The notes under the pieces were generated by a model. The model made no database searches, was not told where the DNA came from, and saw nothing but the letters and a program-made list of their open reading frames with translations. A stretch of 64,000 bases of DNA from Macrostomum lignano (lineage: Eukaryota). Positions 29,829 to 41,652 of this stretch are shown here, one piece after another. Where the stretch lies: NCBI GenBank assembly GCA_002269645.1, contig NIVC01000860.1, positions 248,001-312,000 of the forward strand, in the 5' to 3' direction. A program made the position numbers and the translations under genes. Positions within the stretch are counted from its first letter, which is position 1. Every line of letters starts with the position of its first letter.

Positions 29829-30785
29829 ATGTTAGCTTTCGTCTTTTCTTCAGTCAAAGTGCAACAAAAAGCTTCTAAACAAATGAAAGGCGACCCGGAT
29901 GTTACCAGCTGCGCCGATGGCGGCGGCAGCTCAGCTAGTGCCCCGAGAACGCAGCAGAGTTGCCCAGGATGCGACCTGCTGCGACAAGAGAACGGCGTCT
30001 TGGCCGCCAAGCTGGAACAGTCCAGGCGTGAGGCGGCCAATTACAGCAGCGCGTCCAACGAATTACAGAGCAGAAATCTTCAACTGTCCATGGAAGTTGC
30101 GGAGCTGCAGTGCCGTCTGCGCACAGCCCAGCAGCGTCTGTTGAGCGTCGCCAGCGTAGCCCAGAGCATGGCAACGCAAGGCCAGTTGCTGTCGACGCTG
30201 TTGAACGATAGCACTGATTTGCATCGGTCTGACTGTCCGACCTCGACAGACCAGCAGCAGGTTAGCGGCAGTCGTGGAATATTTCTAGCTCCAGAGCCTG
30301 CCGCTAGGGAAGACGTCCTGACCATCAGTGACGACAACAACAACACGGAATATCAGCAGCTGCTGGATGTTGAAATTGTTTCGCCTCCAACTGGCGGATG
30401 CTCTTCGGCTAACGCGAGCGAGCTGGTTCCGCTGACGCCGGAGTCGCCGGACATCAAAGTGACTATGAACGCCGCCTCGGACATCAAGTCGCTGCTGGAC
30501 GCCTATCTGGCCGACCGGGTGGACGCCAATCTTGACAGGCTGGTCAGGCGCATCATCCGAGCCCTGTTCAGCCCCTACGAGCTGGCGCACACCTCCTGGT
30601 CTGGCCGGACTACGGTGAACGGCGCGAATCGACCGGAGGCTGATCCGGCTAAAAAGTTGGCTTTGATCAACTTTCTTAGAAATACTGGCGTGCCTTGCGA
30701 TATTTCTCAGCTCTCCCGCTGCTATCGTTGCATCAGCTGCCTGCAACGGCGCACAGCTCGAGCTCATGCTAGCAAAGGAAACTAG
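29829..30785 (+). CDS. Coiled-coil + C-terminal BEN-domain protein
   Basis: 318-aa ORF. Heptad region (LLRQENGVLAAKLEQ..LQSRNLQLSMEVAELQCRL) and BEN-like LVRRIIRALFSPYELAHTSWSGR..DPAKK. The true start may be ATG 29883 or lie in an upstream exon. Confidence 0.7.
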   Translation: MLAFVFSSVKVQQKASKQMKGDPDVTSCADGGGSSASAPRTQQSCPGCDLLRQENGVLAAKLEQSRREAANYSSASNELQSRNLQLSMEVAELQCRLRTAQQRLLSVASVAQSMATQGQLLSTLLNDSTDLHRSDCPTSTDQQQVSGSRGIFLAPEPAAREDVLTISDDNNNTEYQQLLDVEIVSPPTGGCSSANASELVPLTPESPDIKVTMNAASDIKSLLDAYLADRVDANLDRLVRRIIRALFSPYELAHTSWSGRTTVNGANRPEADPAKKLALINFLRNTGVPCDISQLSRCYRCISCLQRRTARAHASKGN

Positions 30786-31484
30786 ATTTAATATACATTG
30801 ATGTACTGGAGGGAAATATCTTCAGTTGGTCATATTTCATAGTCTTTAGCCGCAATCGATGTCTACGATGTCTAAAGCGCGACATTGAACACATTTGATT
30901 CGTGATTTCAGGTGCTAATCCTGTAAACTTTACACCATAGTTAAAATTAAGTAATTGAGTTTGAGAATGGGTTTCCAGATTAATCGACGATAAATTGACG
31001 ATTTAATTTTTCAGGAAGCTTAAAAGACAAGTATTATCAAAGTTCCTTGAAGTATTTTTGGGGGAACCAGTTAATTAGGCGACAGGTTGACTCGGTAACA
31101 ACCAATTCGGTGACTTTGGCTTTGGCTTCCAAAAAACGGTATACTCGTCTTAAGTCTGTTGCTTCATTCGACTGGAAGTGCAAGCAGTAGAAAAAATGCA
31201 CTCGCTCCGAGTCCGAGACTCCAAGGGGGCGTACACGCACCTCTTTGAAAACGTGTTATTCAGCATGATTAAAACAAAATTACCTTACTTGAATGGCAAA
31301 GACTAGCAATATTTTAAATTTTAACGAGAGTCGTATATAGCTTTCTATATACGACATTATATAAACTTCAGCATTCGCCGAATCGACTGTCGCCGAACTG
31401 ACTTGTCGCCGAATTAACTGGAAGCTATTTTTGGTATGCTTTACCTTTCGCTTTCTATGATGTTAGAGAAAAAAATTATTTTCA

Positions 31485-31792
31485 AAATCACTTGGGATTC
31501 CCTACACCCCACCTACACAAATCACTTGGGATTCCCCTACACTCCCTACACAAATCACTTGGGATTCCCTACACCCCACCTACACAAATCACTTGGGATT
31601 CCCTACACCCCACCTACACAAATCACTTGGGATTCCCCTACACTCCCTACACAAATCACTTGGGATTCCCTACACCCCACCTACACAAATCACTTGGGAT
31701 TCCCTACACCCCACCTACACAAATCACTTGGGATTCCCTACACCCCACCTACACAAATCACTTGGGATTCCCTACACCCCACCTACACAATC
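31485..31792. repeat. Inverted copy of the CTDSP intron-4 minisatellite (9 units)
   Basis: Reverse complement of 28030-28337 with the same order of unit variants. Confidence 0.92.
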
Positions 31793-32375
31793 AATATACT
31801 AGTGCTAAAATTATTTTTTATAGTTGCCACTTCATTATTACAACTTCATCATGTTATCCTTGCGTAGAAAGCTTAATTGAACTGCATTTTGCTTAATAAG
31901 AAATTTTTTGCTTTTCTAAAAAGTCACTGCATTCTTTTACTAAACATTGCCTTGTAACTTTCAAGCAACTTATGAAACTTTCAACTTTGAGAATTTTTGA
32001 AACGAAAGGGCTTCTATTTGTTTTGAAATGCATGTTTTGAAGTACAGCTCATACAGCCTAGGGTGTGTGTGTGCGTGTGTGTGAGTTTTTTATACGTTTT
32101 CCGAATCGTAATTCTTGTTATTTATTTATAGCTCGAAGCTTAATAGAAAAAAATAATTACAGGGCTGTGGGGGGCAGCCACCAGACTCCTAGGACTTGGT
32201 GATATCTAATTGTGTAAAATTTAAATTTATCGCCATCATCAAGCACATTGTTGAGTGAAAAAAATGCAGTTTGGATAAATTCAATTCAATTACAAAAGAA
32301 AAATATTTGGGTCAATTTGACTTTCAGACATTTTCACTGACCCTCTTACAGACATGTTGGCAGCATCCAGAGAAT

Positions 32376-33521
32376 ATGGATTACAAAGAAATTTTAATCC
32401 GCCTGTTCAATCTTAACATTGATAACAATGAGTCCACAGACAGCATCGTAGAGGTTGGCGGCGAGATGACGGGAGACACCGGATTCCTCAGCTTCAGGCG
32501 AAGGCTCAAGATTAAGAAAGGTGATTCAATGAAACGCGTTTTTCTTAAATTTAACGATACAAGCCGAACAGACCTCGGTGACCTGAAGCAGCTCAGTGAG
32601 GTGGCCAATGCTCGCGAGTGCCTGTTCTACGGCACCTTCGCACCCTTGCTGGAGCGGACTGCCTCTCAGCTGGGCTTCGGAAGCGTCGGCCTGCCCACCG
32701 TCCACCTGGAGATGGTGCTGCCTACAGGAACTCTCATTGTGATGGAGGATCTCGGCGAGGCTGGCTTCGAGCTGGCTCCAGCCACAATGAACGTTGCTGA
32801 AGCTCGCTGCGTGCTGAGCAGTCTGGCTCGAGTCCAGGCAGCGTTCTTGCTGACGAAAGCTCGACTGGGCAGTCCGGCTTCGGGTCTGTTCGGACCGCAA
32901 TCGCCTCTGTCCGGCGGTTTCAAATCGACTGATGTTGCTGGTTTCGACTTTGCCGAAATGCTGCCTGGCTGCTTTGAAGCGTTTGTTCGCGAGTTTCCAA
33001 AGTATTTGAAGTGCGAGAAGCGTGTGGCCGCAATTAATTCGTACCTTAATGACGACTTTGTTGCTAAAGCTCAGAGGTACTTGAAGACGAATGTGACAGA
33101 GAAGGAGGGGATCGGGGTGACACACTGCGATCTTTGGTACAACAACTGCATGCTGAGTAGGGACTCTAGCGGGCATCCGGTGGCGTGTCGCATTATTGAC
33201 TGGCAAGTTTTCGGCATCGGCTCCCTAGCTCACGATTTCGGGCTGCTGTGGCTGTCGAGTATCGATAACTCCATCGTTATTGAGCAGTTTTTTCCATTCG
33301 TGAAATATTATTATGACACTATCCGGCGGTTTTTTGGCGACTCAAGTGTTCAAGTCGACGAGTTTCCGGTCTCTCTAGAGCGAATGAAACAGCTAGCCGT
33401 CGAGTCGGTGCTGGATGCCATCATCATGACTGTTGTATCGGTTGAAATTCTGCCTGCGATTGCCAAACCAGACAACTGGCTAGCAAATATGGCTGACTTG
33501 ATCCAGTGTTTCAAGTTATAA
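32376..33521 (+). CDS. EcKL (ecdysteroid kinase-like/CHK family) kinase, copy 1
   Basis: Intronless. RECLFY, LIVMEDL, THCDLWYNN, IIDWQ. ATG 32376 chosen by alignment with the paralogs. Confidence 0.88.
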   Translation: MDYKEILIRLFNLNIDNNESTDSIVEVGGEMTGDTGFLSFRRRLKIKKGDSMKRVFLKFNDTSRTDLGDLKQLSEVANARECLFYGTFAPLLERTASQLGFGSVGLPTVHLEMVLPTGTLIVMEDLGEAGFELAPATMNVAEARCVLSSLARVQAAFLLTKARLGSPASGLFGPQSPLSGGFKSTDVAGFDFAEMLPGCFEAFVREFPKYLKCEKRVAAINSYLNDDFVAKAQRYLKTNVTEKEGIGVTHCDLWYNNCMLSRDSSGHPVACRIIDWQVFGIGSLAHDFGLLWLSSIDNSIVIEQFFPFVKYYYDTIRRFFGDSSVQVDEFPVSLERMKQLAVESVLDAIIMTVVSVEILPAIAKPDNWLANMADLIQCFKL

Positions 33522-34795
33522 TTAGCTGGATTTCTTGTCGTAATCGTAACTTTATGAAGTCTTCTGATAGCTGATCTGGTGAAATGAATTAAGAGAAATA
33601 CTTGATTTATTCTAATTTCTTTTAGATTTTTAGATGGTATTTTAAACACACTGTGATTCTTGTGTGTATTGTCAGCGTTTTTTCTACTGTTTTAACGACT
33701 AACCGAAACTTACGCCCTTTCACACTTTTTCACGGTATTGAACGATGTGCCATGAACAATTTCCCAAGAGTGAATAAGCGGGGACTTGTGAGGGTCCTAG
33801 CTATAGACTGTATTTAGTGTTTACTGTCTGTAGGTATAGTAAAGGTTTTTGTTTTATTCTTTAATATTGCATAGCTAGTCTTTCTTTTTTACTTCATAGA
33901 ATTCTTGGCTTCATTTCATCCCATAGCAGTCTGCGAAGGTGTAACTTTGACAAGGACCTTGACAAGTCCAAAGATCCTTGGACTTTCATTGCTATAGTCT
34001 TTTAACTATTGACCAAAAAATTTAAACATGGGACTAAAGCTGCGGAATTGCATGTAATCGTGCCTAGTGGTGTGGCGCGGCGCTCTGATGTGCCAGCGGC
34101 CAAGGCTCGATTTCAAGTGCAGTCACATTAATATTGAAGCTAAATATTGGAATGTCGGCTTGGCTCTGCTCGAACAATTGACGCCCTTGAGGACCAACCT
34201 CAAAGGCATATTGAAGTGTACGTGCCTGACGATAAATAAAGTTAAGGGCCGCTGTACACTCCTGTGTGAGTGTGTGCCTGTGCGAAATCGGCAGCTGTGC
34301 GACAATGTTGCTTAAAGTTCGCCAGGGTGCACGCAGTCCCCCTGCTTTGTCGGTACTGATTGAGTCTGCTTGCATATTTTTTAGTATTTAGTACTTTTAT
34401 CCTTACTATTTAGGCCATACGCGAATCAATATGGTTTGTGAGCCTTAGTAAATAGTGAACGCTAGTACCTAAGTACGAGCTAACTAATAGTAAAAATGAC
34501 GTTTAAACGGCTGGTTTATTGAATTTTAAAAACTTAATTTGGTTTGAATTATAGATCAATATTGTTGACTTGATAGTTTGTGAAAATGCTTTTTCATTTA
34601 ATTCTGAAAGTATTCATATATGTTGCAAAAGTCGTCAAGAAAGCAGAGAGAGAGACTCAAAACTTTTGGTCCCAAAATTCAAACAAAATGTATAGTTCAC
34701 CATTAACATACTCAAGTGATCATAAACTTGCTCTTATTTTCATGTGTGTTCAGAAAACAGCAAATGGTATTTTCTATTCAATTAGAACTAACTAA

Positions 34796-35932
34796 ATGGA
34801 TTTTAAATCGATATTGACACAACATTTCAATCTCGGAAATGATGGATTAGAAAACAGCATTGAAGAAATTGGCGGTGAGATGACTGGAGACACCGGATTC
34901 CTCAGCTTCAGGCGCCGACTGAAGATTAAAAAGGGTGATGCGGTCAGAAAGGTTTTTCTCAAATTCAGTGACAAAAGCCGACCAGATCTTGGCCAACTAA
35001 AAGAGCTCAGTGAGCAGGTGAACGAACGAGAGTGCCTGTTCTACGGCACCTTCGCACCCTTGCTGGAGCGGACTGCCTCTCAGCTGGGCTTGGGAAGCGT
35101 CGGCCTTCCCACCGTCCACCTGGAGATGGTGCTGCCCACAGGAACTCTCATTGTGATGGAGGATCTCGGCGAGGCTGGCTTCGAGCTGGCTCCAGCTAAA
35201 ATGAACGTCGCTGAAGCTCGCTGCGTGCTGAGCAGTCTGGCTCGAGTCCAGGCGGCGTTCTTGCTGACGAAAGCTCGACTGGGCAGTCCGGCTTCGGGTC
35301 TGTTCGGACCGCAGTCGCCTCTGTCCGACGGTTTCAGATCGACTGATGTTGCTGGTGTTGGCTTTGATGGCATGTTGTCAGGCTGCTTTGAAAGATTTCG
35401 TAGCAATTTTCCAACGTACCTGAAGTGCGAGAAGCGTGTTGCTATCATTAATGCTTACCTTGACGACAGCTTTCTTGAAAAATCTCGGGAAGTCATGAAC
35501 TCTAGCAAAAGTGAGCAAGATACCATAGGTGTTACTCACTCTGAGCTGTGGTACAACAATTTTATGATCAGCAGGGACTCCTGTGGGAATCCAGTCCAAT
35601 GCTGTCTCATCGACTGGCAGTTCTTCGGGATCGGCTGGCTGACCTACGACCTGGGCCCGCTCTGGATATCCAGCATTGACAATGCCATCGTCACGGAAGA
35701 GTTTCTGCCTTGCGTGGACTTTTATCATCACGCTGTCCAGTCCGCGTACGAGAGCGCGATAGGGGGGGAGAAGTTCCCAGTCTCCCAGGAGCAGATGAGG
35801 GAGCAGGCTGTGCAGTCGTTAATCTACGGCGTCGCTTGGATTGTCCTTCAGGCGGATTTTCTCGACGTTTTCGTGCGAATCGACAATATTCTGGCTAATG
35901 TTGCTGATCTAATTGCTTTCTTCAAACTGTGA
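34796..35932 (+). CDS. EcKL kinase, copy 2 (catalytic-loop Asp replaced: HSE)
   Basis: 378 aa, intronless. THSELWYNN, LIDWQ. Confidence 0.88.
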   Translation: MDFKSILTQHFNLGNDGLENSIEEIGGEMTGDTGFLSFRRRLKIKKGDAVRKVFLKFSDKSRPDLGQLKELSEQVNERECLFYGTFAPLLERTASQLGLGSVGLPTVHLEMVLPTGTLIVMEDLGEAGFELAPAKMNVAEARCVLSSLARVQAAFLLTKARLGSPASGLFGPQSPLSDGFRSTDVAGVGFDGMLSGCFERFRSNFPTYLKCEKRVAIINAYLDDSFLEKSREVMNSSKSEQDTIGVTHSELWYNNFMISRDSCGNPVQCCLIDWQFFGIGWLTYDLGPLWISSIDNAIVTEEFLPCVDFYHHAVQSAYESAIGGEKFPVSQEQMREQAVQSLIYGVAWIVLQADFLDVFVRIDNILANVADLIAFFKL

Positions 35933-36178
35933 CGTAACACAGTTACGTTAGGACACGTGACTTCGTAAATAATTTTTATGATTACAATTTTTCGCTTTTC
36001 AATTTGCAATTGTTCCAATCCGCTTTTAATCTTGTAATTGCTACTTTGAAGTACTGATTTACTTTGATTTTGGTTGTCTTTCTTTGTATCATTTTGTCAT
36101 GGTCTTAAATGCTTCATTTTTAATATGTTGCATTGCGATATACATGCAATAGGCAGAATTCTATTAATTATTTTATTA

Positions 36179-37103
36179 TAGGATTTTTCGTTTGATTTCA
36201 TGGAATTGTCATTTGATTTCGTCCATAGAAGTTGGCAGCGCGGCCATAGAGTCTATGGCAATAAAGTGCGCTGTTTTCCGATTGAATTCATAACTTTGCC
36301 ACTTCATTTCGACTTGACGCGCGGAGTGACTCAAACACTGCCAGAGGGGGCTGGGATATCAGTGGGTGAATATCTATGGCCAAACCTCTCATAGAAATGA
36401 AAAGCCTATATGAACGTGTCCTCTTCTTGGGCAACAGTCACCTTCCTTGTGTGCCTAAAAATGGCTGCATACGCGTCCATTGGAAACGTATAAACGCGGC
36501 CAATCGTATTCAACTGCGAACTCTGCCACCGTACTCTCCATTTCTTAACGCCGCGGAGCAGGCACACAGTTGTCTCAAGGCTTCGCTTAAACGCCAGCTA
36601 GCAACACCTGAGCTTCAACAGGAACTTAGCTATCCGCCTGATGGCATCAACCTAACGCAGTGGAGACTCATGGTGCTTTTCCGCTGTGGCTACGTTGCAC
36701 TAGAGGAAATTTCCGCCGCGAAGTGCCTTGCCTGGGAACGACATGTGAAGCGGTTTCTGCCCCTGTGCATCAATGAGCAGAAGATAATGTGAAATTTGTA
36801 CAGTAGCTTGTTGCAGCGAACGAGCATTAACTTTGGCGGACATAACTGATTTCACTGTTGCAACTGCCTACTTCCTCATGTGACTTAAATACACAGCTTT
36901 CTGTTTTTAACAGTTCTTTATGTACTGGACAAGCGCATCGACTTTTCTGTTGCCTTTCTACTGGGTATGTCGAAATGAAGTGGCAAAGTTATGAATTCAA
37001 TCGGAAAACAGCGCACTTTATTGCCATAGACTCTATGGCCGCGCTGCCAACTTCTATGGACGAAATCAAATGACAATTTTATGAAATCAAACGAAAAATC
37101 CTA
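36179..37103 (+). mobile_element. Internally deleted Tc1/IS630-type DNA transposon, 135-bp TIRs, TA TSD
   Basis: TIRs 36179-36313 and 36969-37103 (2 mismatches); TA at 36177-78 and 37104-05. Internal ORF 36376-36792 carries LPPYSPFLNAAE..LK, the DDE C-terminus. Confidence 0.92.
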
Positions 37104-37713
37104 TATTACATGTAGTTGGTCGTCCGCATCGGTTTATGTCTCTGTAGCTAAATTAGCTTGCCCGATGAAACGGTAAACAGGCCAAGAAGCGTCCCAAAGT
37201 CACTTGCGTCACCACATAGAGGATCGTGACTGGTAAAATTGGTAAAATAGGAAAGAAATATCTAGACGACTCTGGAACGACGAGAGGTCACGGTAAAAGT
37301 CGCCCAAAAATCGTTGGAAATTGAAGCGCTTTGTTGTCTTCGGATCTGAAGCTCTGAACGCCCTTTGACGACCGAAACCATAACCTTAGCTATAGGATTT
37401 TCGCAGCTCAAATAAGTTAACTGAGCTTACGAATTAACTACAGTATACTTTAACTTTGACTGCAGATACATGTGCTTACAGATACGAATAAGTCTTTGCC
37501 TGTCTGTTTGCCCTGTGTGGCTCGAATCGATATCAAAGTTTTTCTTATCTCAGCCTATATTTGTATTTTTACTTGTGCTTCGAGCGCAGCACAGCCGATC
37601 TACTAGCTAGTAACAACGACAAGGGTTCAAACTTCGAAGCTTTTCGTTAAAAAAACTAGCTAAAGCAGTGTACACGACAGACCAGAAAACTCTGCAATTC
37701 GAGAACTGACAAG

Positions 37714-38850
37714 ATGGACTTCAAACCTATTTTGCAGCGACTGTTCAACTTGGCACAGAATGAAACAGACAGCAGTATTGAAGAAGTTGGCGAAGAGATG
37801 ACTGGTGAAACGGGGTTCCTCAGCTTCAGGCGCAAGCTCAGGATCAAAAAAGAAGACTCAACGATCAACATCTTTCTCAAGTTCAGCGACAACAGCCGGC
37901 AGGAGCTCGGAGAGTTGAAAGAATTCAGCGATCATTTTTGTCCGAGAGAGTGCCTGTTCTACGGCACCTTCGCACCCTTGCTGGAGCGGACTGCCTCTCA
38001 GCTGGGCTTGGGAAGTGTCGGCCTGCCCACCGTGCACCTGGAGATGGTGCTGCCCACAGGAACTCTCATTGTGATGGAGGATCTCGGCGAGGCTGGCTTC
38101 GAGCTGGCTCCAGCCACAATGAACGTCGCTGAAGCTCGCTGCGTGCTGAGCAGTCTGGCTCGAGTCCAGGCGGCGTTCTGGCTGACGAAAGCTCGACTGG
38201 GCAGTCCGGCTTCGGGTCTGTTCGGACCGCAGTCGCCTTTTAGCGACCCTTTGAAATCCCTTACTGGCACTGCTGTCAACTTTGACGCCTTCCTCGAACA
38301 GGGCTTTGAAGAGTTCCGTCACAAGTTTGACAATTATCTAAAATGCGAGAAGCGAGCAGCCATTGTCAATGCCTACTTAGAGGATGGATTTCTTGAGAAA
38401 ACTCGAAAGGTCTTGAAAGTAAATCAGGAGAAGAGCGAAGTTGTAGGCGTGATTCACTGTGACTTGTGGTACAATAACTGCATGATCAGCAGGGACTCTC
38501 GGGGTCAGCCAATTGAGTGTCGTCTCATCGACTGGCAGTTCTTCGGCATCGGCTGGCTGACCTATGACCTGGGCCCGCTCTGGATATCCAGCATTGACAA
38601 TGCCATCGTCACGGAAGAGTTTCTGCCTTGCGTGGACTTTTATCATCACGCTGTCCAGTCCGCGTACGAGAGCGCGATAGGGGGGGAGAAGTTCCCAGTC
38701 TCCCAGGAGCAGATGAGGGAGCAGGCTGTGCAGTCGTTAGTCTACGGCATCGGTTGGGTCATACTGTCTGCGGATACGCTGTGGGCGTTCCAGTCGGTTA
38801 GCAACGTGCTTGCCAACATAGCCGACGTGATCGAACACTTCAAGCTCTGA
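37714..38850 (+). CDS. EcKL kinase, copy 3
   Basis: 378 aa, intronless. IHCDLWYNN, LIDWQ. Confidence 0.9.
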   Translation: MDFKPILQRLFNLAQNETDSSIEEVGEEMTGETGFLSFRRKLRIKKEDSTINIFLKFSDNSRQELGELKEFSDHFCPRECLFYGTFAPLLERTASQLGLGSVGLPTVHLEMVLPTGTLIVMEDLGEAGFELAPATMNVAEARCVLSSLARVQAAFWLTKARLGSPASGLFGPQSPFSDPLKSLTGTAVNFDAFLEQGFEEFRHKFDNYLKCEKRAAIVNAYLEDGFLEKTRKVLKVNQEKSEVVGVIHCDLWYNNCMISRDSRGQPIECRLIDWQFFGIGWLTYDLGPLWISSIDNAIVTEEFLPCVDFYHHAVQSAYESAIGGEKFPVSQEQMREQAVQSLVYGIGWVILSADTLWAFQSVSNVLANIADVIEHFKL

Positions 38851-39626
38851 TGTCTGCGTCATGTTAACCGGCTTCGATAAGTTAAAACCTAATTAAAATC
38901 TAAAATTAGATCTTTATTTTCTATTGTTAGCTTAAGTTACAGTTAGAAGTTTTAATTGAATCGCAAACGATTCGAAATGAGCATGCTATAAAGTTTCCTA
39001 TGAAATTTTTCCATACGAGCGTACTTTTGACTAAAAAAGCTCCAATTTTATTTATTTATTTACGCGTTTTAGGCTATCTATCAATAAAACAAATACACTA
39101 AAATAAAAAACAAAGCCTCATGTTTTGATTTTTATAAGCTTTTTCCAGTGGTAATTAAAAAATTTTCTAAGTTGCTTCCAAATGTTTTATTGATTTTCAC
39201 CACCTGATAATTTTGATTTTGTCAGTTAAGTTGATCATTTTGCCAAGCCAATCAAGCAGCTCTTAAAGACTGTTGTCTCTGGTTAAATGACAATCAAGTA
39301 GAGTATTCCAATGCAAAGTGTTCTAGCCGAAGAATTTCATATCAACACCTATGGTTCCGAATTTTAATTGAATTGTTCACTTAATTGGATTTTCATCAAC
39401 TTTCTCGGCTTTACTGTTTATGGGGCCGGGGGTTGTAGCTTATACATGTAGTGGTTAGAGCGTCGGGGTAGAAGTAAAATAACTAGAAGAGACGGGACTA
39501 TGATATTGCTCACGTAATTCTATTTTCTAGTTTTTCGTTTTTGCTGCTAAAAGAAGCAATAGGAGCTTCCTGCTGATCAAGCGCAGGGATGCTGCTGACT
39601 AACGACTGACCACAGTCAATCGCGAT

Positions 39627-40761
39627 CTACAGACCGAAATGCTCAATCAAATCAGCGACATTGTTGAGTACATTGTCAATCCGACGAAGCACTGGTATCA
39701 TCTCGGCGAACGTGACCAGCCAGGTGATGCCCCAGTTGAGCGACTGGACAGCCTGCTGCCTTATCGTCTCCTTGGAGACCGGGAACTCTTGCTGCAGCCC
39801 CGTCTTGTACAGAGATCGAATGGTCTCGTCGTACAACTCCACACACGGCAGGTATTGGTCCACGGCGATGGCGTTGTCAATGCTGGATATCCAGAACGGC
39901 CCCAGGTCGAAGGTCAGCCGACCAATTCCGAACACCTGCCAGTCGATGAGGCGGCACTCGACAGGCTGTCCGCTGGCGTCTCTGCTGAGCATGCAGTTGT
40001 TGTACCACAGGTCCGAGTGCGTTATGCCCACTACTTCACGCTCCTCTTGGCCCGACTTGATCACCTGCTGAGCCTTCTTAAGATAGTCCCTATCCAGGTA
40101 GCCGTTGATGATGGCTATTCGCTTGTCGCACGTCATGTACTTTCCGAATTCGCGGCGGAACAACTCGAAACCGGCCGGTAGGAGCTCGTCCATGCTCTTC
40201 TTAGTTGCGGACAGGGCGAAGAATCCGTCGGACAGAGGCGATTGCGGTCCGAACAGACCCGAAGCCGGACTGCCCAGTCGAGCTTTCGTCAGCCAGAACG
40301 CTGCCTGGACTCGAGCCAGACTGCTCAGCACGCAGCGAGCTTCAGCGACGTTCATTGTGGCTGGAGCCAGCTCGAAGCCAGCCTCGCCGAGATCCTCCAT
40401 CACAATGAGAGTTCCTGTGGGCAGCACCATTTCCAGGTGAACGGAGGGCAGGCCGACGCTTCCCAAGCCCAGCTGAGAGGCAGTCCGCTCCAGCAAGGGT
40501 GCGAAGGTGCCGTAGAACAGGCACTCTCGCGGACAGAAGCAGTCCATCAATTCCTTCAGCTCGCCCCGAGTCCTGTCGGGTTGTATCACTGAACTTGAGA
40601 AACACGTTGATTGTCGAGTCGCCCTTCTTAACCTTGAGCCGGCGCCGGTAGCTGAGGAACCCAGTTTCTCCCGTCATCTCCTCGCCTGCCGACGCGATGC
40701 ACCGGTCAGCCTCGTCCTCAGTCAGGCTGAACAGTCGAGACAAAATCGCCCTAAAGTCCAT
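39627..40761 (-). pseudogene. EcKL kinase, copy 4 (inverted), single +1 frameshift
   Basis: N-terminal frame MDFRAIL..KFSDTTRQD switches to ..GELKELMD at a 4-G run (+ strand CCCC 40564-40567). THSDLWYNN is intact. Could be a sequencing error. Confidence 0.7.
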
Positions 40762-41652
40762 TTGTCCGTTTGTTTCCATTTTTTCCTTTCCTTTCACGCA
40801 GTTTTATTCACGGTAGAACTGCCTATATAGACAGCAGGGTTTTGCGAAGTGTTTGTAGCTCGTACACCGAGTGTTTTTCTCTCCTAGGGTAGAGCAACCG
40901 AGTGCAGAGTTTACCCAGAAGCTGTCTGTCACACCCCAGCTAAAAGTTTGGCCGTAATTTTGATAGCAAAGGGTAGAAAATAAATTGGGGTTGAGCGGCA
41001 GGAGAGTACATTCATTATTGAGAGTGCACTCGGATAAGATCTCTAACCCCCATACCAATGAACTGCGAGCTGCATGTACGAGTAAGACAGTTGTTGTTAA
41101 ACGAGGGTCCTAGTGGGCTAGGCCACTGAGAATAGTGGCGTGGGTCCTTAGAATTCATGTGCTACTAACAGTAGAGCTATATAGACTTATTCCTACTAAG
41201 ACGGTCTAGTTTATAATTTAACCATTATCTATCTCGTACTAGTGAACCGAATAAGTTAAAAGTGAAGTGCATTGCAACACGGACACTCCAGCCTCTCAGC
41301 TACATCAGCTTTAGTGCTGCTGCTATATAGCGTTTTAGTGTTTCGCTTCTTTTCCTCGAAAGAAGGACGAGAGAATGTTGAACGAAGCGTTGCACTCCAG
41401 GGTTCGTCAGCTGTTGCTGCAATTAAGTTTTTAATATTCAAGGAGTTCTCGTGCGTTAGAAACTTTTTCCCCGGAGATAATAAACCGAGAGAAAAGTTCA
41501 AGTGCTGGGGGCAGAGGTCAGTTCGAACGAGGGGAAATGCTCACGACTCGACTTTGAATAATTGCGTCTATATTGTAACAAAATCTGTTCTATTATTTGG
41601 GTTTACGAATGTTAATGGTAAATATTTCTATAATTATTTTCCAAGAGTTGCA

